Source: Nitrospira sp.
Lineage (GTDB): Bacteria > UBA10199 > SBBF01
NCBI GenBank assembly: GCA_005240075.1
Contig: SBBF01000083.1
Location: 1 to 51,822, forward strand
Reading direction: 5' to 3'
DNA length: 51,822 nucleotides
Shown piece by piece: positions 46,878-51,822 of this stretch (position 1 is the first letter of the stretch; the number at the start of each line of letters is the position of its first letter). The notes below the pieces were generated by a model, which was not told the DNA's origin, ran no database searches, and saw only the letters and a list, made by a program, of their open reading frames with translations. The translations under genes were made by a program, and so were the position numbers.

Positions 46878-49800
46878 ATGAAATTGACTCGTCCCCTTAA
46901 AGGGTTGGCCCTGGTTTTGGCAGTTATCCTGTCCTGGTATGTTTTGCTCTACCTCGCTCTTAATACCAAAACTCTCCAGGAATGGTTCCTCAAAAAAGTG
47001 GGTAAAAATCTTGGCATGGAATTAACGTGGCAGAACCTTAAATTCAATCCGGCCACCGGCCGTTTAAGAGGCGAAGAGCTCAACCTGATTTTTGAGAAGG
47101 GGGGGGGCAATATCGCGGTCAAAAAACTTGAACTGGGAATAGTCCCCCGTTTTTCCCTCCTTTTCTTCATCCCGACGGCCCGGCTAAGTCTGGAAGGAGT
47201 CAGCTGTCTTTCTCCCTCGTACGATTTTTTTGCAGAAAAAATTGAAGGGGCCGGCCCTCTTGATTTTGGACTGACAAAAAGGTGGGAGGGAAAAATGACC
47301 ATCACCTCCCTTTTGTTTGGCCTCAACAAAACTCCAGCCCCCTGGAATCCCTCACCGGGATGGGATCAAAGCCTCACTCCTCTGTTGACACGTCATTACG
47401 GCGATACGATTCCAGAGAATCGAACGTTTGGGTACCTGGCAAAGGGGATCCTCCCGATCCGAATCACCCCCACAGAATGGAGAACCGATCATGGAAATTT
47501 GATGTTGTTTGGAGGCCACTTCCAGGTTGCCGGGGGATGGAACCGCAAAAATGGAAAAATAGAATTACAGATCAAAACACCCGATCCCATCAAACCGGCT
47601 CTTCTTCCCCTGGGTAAAGCCCAGATTCGCCATGTTTTTGAGACAATGACAATCTCCTTCAACCTGGATGGAAAACTCAAAAATGCAACTCAAGGTGATC
47701 TAAAGGGACAACTGATTGCCGAACTCCATGGAAACAGGTTCAACCCGGAGGTCAATAACTTGAAAATAGAAAACAGGTTTGATTTTAAAAATGGTCTCCT
47801 TCGGTTCCCGGAGTTAAAAATTTCCCTGGGAGATGGAACTATCACTGGTAAGGGAGAGATCAACTTTGCCCAAAAAGTTTTAACGAGCCATCTTTCAGGA
47901 CGCAATCTGGATGCCCAGACTATCATCCGTTTTTTTTCCCGACTCGATTTTTCGGGGAAAGCCGATCTGGACGGAAAAATTTCCGGAAGCCTTAAAAGTC
48001 CGACTTTTGATTTTAACATTAATTCAACAAACGCCGATTATGAGTCGCTTCATTTTGGATCGTTGACAGGCGACTTCAGGATTGAAAATCAGAACCTGAC
48101 TCTGAAGGTCGCTACGCTCCTGGAAGGAACGGGCACAGGGAGTCTTGAGCTCAAAATCAACCAGGTTTTTAAGAGTTCACTCCAGACGATGGAGATGAAA
48201 AGCAATTTTCAGGGACTTCCTTTGGGAGCTTTGTTGAACACACGGGCAATGACCGGATCAGCCAGCGGTTTTATGAATCTCGAAAACAGAAATCATCTTT
48301 TGTCAGGAGGCGGAAAGGTGGAAACCTCGAATATTCTCTGGTACGGCGTTCCCATTGAGGCGATGAAGGTTGATCTGGCTGTGGGAGAACAGGTCCTGAC
48401 ATTGAAAAATGCTCACATTCGCTTTAATGCAGAAACTCCTGTCCTTTCAATCACCAAACCTTTTGATATTCATTTTTCACCTATCGGATATCACTACGAG
48501 GGATGGATTTTACCAACCGTTTTTGCCGAAGGGGGTCTTGATTATTCAAAACCGGAATTGCTGGTATTCAAGATCAAAGCCCAAAAAACCCCCCTCAATT
48601 TTCTGGCCCCAGTCATCCCCCTTGGATTAGAGCAGGCCGTGACCCACGGCCAGTTTGAGGGAACCTATCATTTAAAAGATCCCCCCTCCTCCCAGGTACA
48701 TGCCAAAATTGATTCTTTTGAATACCGGGCTGAAGACAAGGAAATCAATCTTATCGGTAACAGCTCGCTCGATTACAAGGACAAAAAAATCCATTTTCAA
48801 AATACGAATCTGAAAATGGGAGAAGGAAAAATTACCTTGAATGGCCCGCTGGGATTTTCTTCCGGTTCCAATCTCAAAATCAAGGGGCTCCTCGATCTTC
48901 GGCAGATGACCAATGTGCTCTCCTGGCTTGTTGAAGGGGATGGTGTGGCCGACATCGATCTGACATTGACGGGAGAAATCTCAAATCCGCTCTTTGAGGG
49001 GAAAATCAATCTCAAAAACAATTACCTCTTTTTTTCTGGAATGTCGCGGGAATTTTCAGACGCCCAGGGACCGGTCCGTTTTCAGGGAAAGAGAATTTTT
49101 TTTGATTCGGTCAATTCCCTCTACGAAGATGGACCGCTCAAGCTTGATGGCTGGATTGAATGGGCTCCCCCTCAAATTGAGTCGGTCGATCTTAAAATTG
49201 TCGGACAGGACATTCCGGTTTCTTCACCGGATACCTGGCAAGCCCTCGTCAACAGCAACGTCCGATTATCGGGCACTGGAGGGAATCTTAAATTGCAGGG
49301 AGATATCGAAATGGTTGAAGGGCTTTTCTACAAGGATTATTCGCTCACGGAATTCATCTTGAAGCCGGTGGGGGTGATTCGCGAAGAGAAAAAAAGCGGA
49401 TTGGAAAAGGCTTTGGAGAACATGATTCTTGATTTGAACATTCGAAGTGCTGGAGAATTTGAAATTCGGAATAATTTGGTGGATATGGCACTCCGGGGGA
49501 ATGTCCGCTTTGCTGGTCCTGCCGATTCTCCCTCAGCCAACGGCACGATCAATGTTGTGGATGGGCAAATCCATGCCTTTGGCATTGATTTCGAGAATGC
49601 CACCGGCTTTGCCACGTTTATGTCATCCTTGAACCCGTTGATTGAGTTTACGGCAAACCACCCCATTCAGGATTATGATGTGCGCGTCCGAATCAAGGGG
49701 TATGCGGACAATCTTTCTCTCGCACTGGAATCAGCGCCCCCCCTCAATAATAATGACATCGTGTCTTTGATTGTTTACGGACAGACTCCCGAACAATTAT

Positions 49801-50132
49801 CGGGGGCGGAAAGAAACCTCTTCTCCCAAGCGGCCATCGCCTCCCAGGTGATTGGACTTCTCCAGCGTCCTTTAAGCAAGGCGACCAAACTGGATATCGT
49901 CAAGTTGGAAACCGACTACTCGGTTGCCGAGCCGACCCCGTCCCGTTTCTCCATCGGAAAAAAATTGTCGGATCGATTTTCTCTTTCCTTTACCACCGAT
50001 CTGACGCTCGAAGAGGCGCAAAAAGGTTTTTCCATTGAATATTTGATGCTCGATAACCTCCTGTTAAAAGGGGTCAAAGATGCCGGATCGCAGTACCGTT
50101 TTGATCTGACTTTGCGTTTTGAAACTTATTAA
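46878..50132 (+). CDS. tamB: Translocation and assembly module TamB (DUF490) family
   Basis: N-terminal anchor, long beta-taco-like repeats (G.L..P), C-terminal ESAPPL...DIVSLI..G, IGKKLSDRF, RFETY; coupled to an Omp85 gene. Confidence 0.82.
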   Translation: MKLTRPLKGLALVLAVILSWYVLLYLALNTKTLQEWFLKKVGKNLGMELTWQNLKFNPATGRLRGEELNLIFEKGGGNIAVKKLELGIVPRFSLLFFIPTARLSLEGVSCLSPSYDFFAEKIEGAGPLDFGLTKRWEGKMTITSLLFGLNKTPAPWNPSPGWDQSLTPLLTRHYGDTIPENRTFGYLAKGILPIRITPTEWRTDHGNLMLFGGHFQVAGGWNRKNGKIELQIKTPDPIKPALLPLGKAQIRHVFETMTISFNLDGKLKNATQGDLKGQLIAELHGNRFNPEVNNLKIENRFDFKNGLLRFPELKISLGDGTITGKGEINFAQKVLTSHLSGRNLDAQTIIRFFSRLDFSGKADLDGKISGSLKSPTFDFNINSTNADYESLHFGSLTGDFRIENQNLTLKVATLLEGTGTGSLELKINQVFKSSLQTMEMKSNFQGLPLGALLNTRAMTGSASGFMNLENRNHLLSGGGKVETSNILWYGVPIEAMKVDLAVGEQVLTLKNAHIRFNAETPVLSITKPFDIHFSPIGYHYEGWILPTVFAEGGLDYSKPELLVFKIKAQKTPLNFLAPVIPLGLEQAVTHGQFEGTYHLKDPPSSQVHAKIDSFEYRAEDKEINLIGNSSLDYKDKKIHFQNTNLKMGEGKITLNGPLGFSSGSNLKIKGLLDLRQMTNVLSWLVEGDGVADIDLTLTGEISNPLFEGKINLKNNYLFFSGMSREFSDAQGPVRFQGKRIFFDSVNSLYEDGPLKLDGWIEWAPPQIESVDLKIVGQDIPVSSPDTWQALVNSNVRLSGTGGNLKLQGDIEMVEGLFYKDYSLTEFILKPVGVIREEKKSGLEKALENMILDLNIRSAGEFEIRNNLVDMALRGNVRFAGPADSPSANGTINVVDGQIHAFGIDFENATGFATFMSSLNPLIEFTANHPIQDYDVRVRIKGYADNLSLALESAPPLNNNDIVSLIVYGQTPEQLSGAERNLFSQAAIASQVIGLLQRPLSKATKLDIVKLETDYSVAEPTPSRFSIGKKLSDRFSLSFTTDLTLEEAQKGFSIEYLMLDNLLLKGVKDAGSQYRFDLTLRFETY

Positions 50133-51822
50133 TGAGCCTGTTTTTTTCTAAGAGAATTCTGATTGCTTTGCTGGTCCTGTTATGGCCAATTCATGCCGGC
50201 TCGGAAGAGGCTTGTCCTCAAAGCGACATCACCATTCGTGAAATCAAGGTCAAGGGGCATTACCCTTTTCTCACCAAAAAAATCCTCCGACTCGTTTCCC
50301 TCCAGCCGGGAGATCCTTTCCAGCCGGAGAAACTCCCGGAAATTGGTCAGCGCATTGGTGAATTTTTTGAGAAACAGGGGTACTATGGCACTTCAGTGGA
50401 CATCGAAACCAAAAATGACCCCCGTTACAGGGCCATCAATCTGATCATTGCCATTCATAAAGGTTCAACCTATCGCCTGGGAGAGGTCCATTTTGAAGGA
50501 AATACAGTATTTACCAACTCGGTTCTTCGCAACAAATTGCGAAGTTTTGGTCATTTCAGCCTCTCCCGTACCGAAAAGAGGCTTAAAAAAATCCAGAAAA
50601 AATATAGCAAAAAAGGATTTGTCCGTTCTCGGGTCCGTCTTCTCGAAGTTCTTCCCCATCCCGATACCCGCCGGGTGGATCTGACAGTTGAAATCAGGGA
50701 AAATAAACAGCTTCATCTCCTCTTTCGGGGAAACCGATGGTTTAGCCCACAAACGTTGGATGACTATGTCACTTTTTTTAAAGAGAGAGGTTACTCCCGT
50801 TTCGAGGTGGAACGGAGCGCTAAAAAATTAACCGATTTCTACCGTCAAAATGGCTTTCCCGATATGACAATTTCCTCTCAAATCGTAAAAGGGGAAGATG
50901 ATGATATTTATGTCACCTTTTTTATCGACGAAGGAATGAGAGTCAGAACCAAAAAAATTACTTTTGAGGGAAACAGAAAAGTCAAACCTGGAAAATTGAA
51001 GAAAAAAATGAGTCTTGAAGAACATACTCTGACCCACCAGGGGCTCTACCGGGCAGATGATCTGGAGGCTGATCGGGAGCGCCTGCTGTCTTATTACACG
51101 GAGAATGGATTTTTCGATGCCCAAATTCAGGATGTGCTAACAGAACGAAACAGTTTTGGCGATTTGACGACCGTTCGCATCGTTGTGGATGAGGGGGAAC
51201 CTTATACCGTTTCGAAGGTCGATTTTGAGGGAAATACGGTTTTCGATTCCATCAGACTTGCAAGAAAAAGTGAGCTTAAGTTGAATAAAAATTTTGATTT
51301 GAGTCTGGTCAAACAAACAGAAACAAAGATCATCTCATTCTACCAGAAAGAGGGATATCCGTACGTTCGCATTTCCAGGACAGACAGCAAAAATCCGTCG
51401 AACCACACAGTGGGCGTTTCATTCAGGATTGCCGAGGGGCCCAAGACCTTTATTCGGAACATCTCAGTTGACGGGGCGTTTAAAACAGAACCGGAAACAA
51501 TTTTCAAATCGCTCAAATTCAGAAAGGGAGATGTCTATACCTACAAAAAAATCATCGATGCCCAACTGAGGCTCAAAAGACTCGGTATTTTTGATTATGT
51601 TTTGATCACTCCCCAGGGAATCGAAACGGAAGAATCCCAAATAGATGTTCTGGTCAAACTGGTTGAGAGAAAGGATGTGACTCTCGACATTCAGGCCGGT
51701 TTTGACAGCGACAAACTGGCCTCCGGTCAGGTGATACTCACCAAAAGAAACATTTTTGGGCAAGCCAAGCATCTCCAGTTAAGAGGGGTGGGGGGGTTTG
51801 AATTAGACCGGGGGGAGTTGAC
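50132..51822 (+). CDS. Omp85-family outer membrane assembly factor (TamA/BamA-like), 3'-partial, six POTRA domains
   Basis: Absent from the ORF track because no stop occurs in the window. ATG 50132 overlaps the tamB TAA; MSLFFSKRILIALLVLLWPIHA signal, repeated FEGN...GY/GF...DEG POTRA units, then barrel start AGFDSD...KRNIFGQA. Confidence 0.85.
   Translation, partial: MSLFFSKRILIALLVLLWPIHAGSEEACPQSDITIREIKVKGHYPFLTKKILRLVSLQPGDPFQPEKLPEIGQRIGEFFEKQGYYGTSVDIETKNDPRYRAINLIIAIHKGSTYRLGEVHFEGNTVFTNSVLRNKLRSFGHFSLSRTEKRLKKIQKKYSKKGFVRSRVRLLEVLPHPDTRRVDLTVEIRENKQLHLLFRGNRWFSPQTLDDYVTFFKERGYSRFEVERSAKKLTDFYRQNGFPDMTISSQIVKGEDDDIYVTFFIDEGMRVRTKKITFEGNRKVKPGKLKKKMSLEEHTLTHQGLYRADDLEADRERLLSYYTENGFFDAQIQDVLTERNSFGDLTTVRIVVDEGEPYTVSKVDFEGNTVFDSIRLARKSELKLNKNFDLSLVKQTETKIISFYQKEGYPYVRISRTDSKNPSNHTVGVSFRIAEGPKTFIRNISVDGAFKTEPETIFKSLKFRKGDVYTYKKIIDAQLRLKRLGIFDYVLITPQGIETEESQIDVLVKLVERKDVTLDIQAGFDSDKLASGQVILTKRNIFGQAKHLQLRGVGGFELDRGEL

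Noticed and set aside
1596-51772. Numerous 60-235 aa antisense or alternate-frame ORFs (for example 1596-2300, 4245-4952, 30936-31535, 50163-51772)
   Set aside because: They are shadows of well-supported genes and have no recognisable motifs. Those after 50132 lie within the Omp85 gene.

Overview
Gene-dense bacterial chromosome segment, mostly housekeeping genes. Gene content suggests a deltaproteobacterial-type (Myxococcota/Bdellovibrionota-like) organism; this is inference only. Core content: a pgsA-dut-purD-purE-tsaC-DUF1015 operon, nadB, dksA-pyrE, a DciA-like gene, ptsP, a liuBCDE-type leucine catabolism cluster, glnE-gshA, tilS, mtgA, a Pho-box-preceded porin pseudogene followed by pstSCAB-phoU, mgsA, ligA, an M16 peptidase, mpl, and tamB followed by a partial six-POTRA Omp85 gene that the ORF track missed. 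Accessory content: an AAA+/DUF4143 ATPase, a sigma54-driven CSLREA/Cys-rich surface protein, three intact type II toxin-antitoxin pairs and one antitoxin remnant. The most interesting candidates are (1) a stand-alone ATP-dependent RNA-ligase-like gene transcribed divergently from a Phd-RelE module across a shared palindrome and abutting ligA and a Phd-VapC pair, a possible RNA damage/repair system, and (2) a PEGA Ser/Thr kinase directly upstream of a DgcB-like FHA-GGDEF cyclase, with an Asp-to-Glu receiver protein and a catalytically dead, I-site-retaining GGDEF protein nearby. A strongly structured ~140 nt element lies between pstB and phoU. No tRNA, rRNA, CRISPR array, integrase or transposase was seen. 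All family calls come from motif recognition, not database searches.
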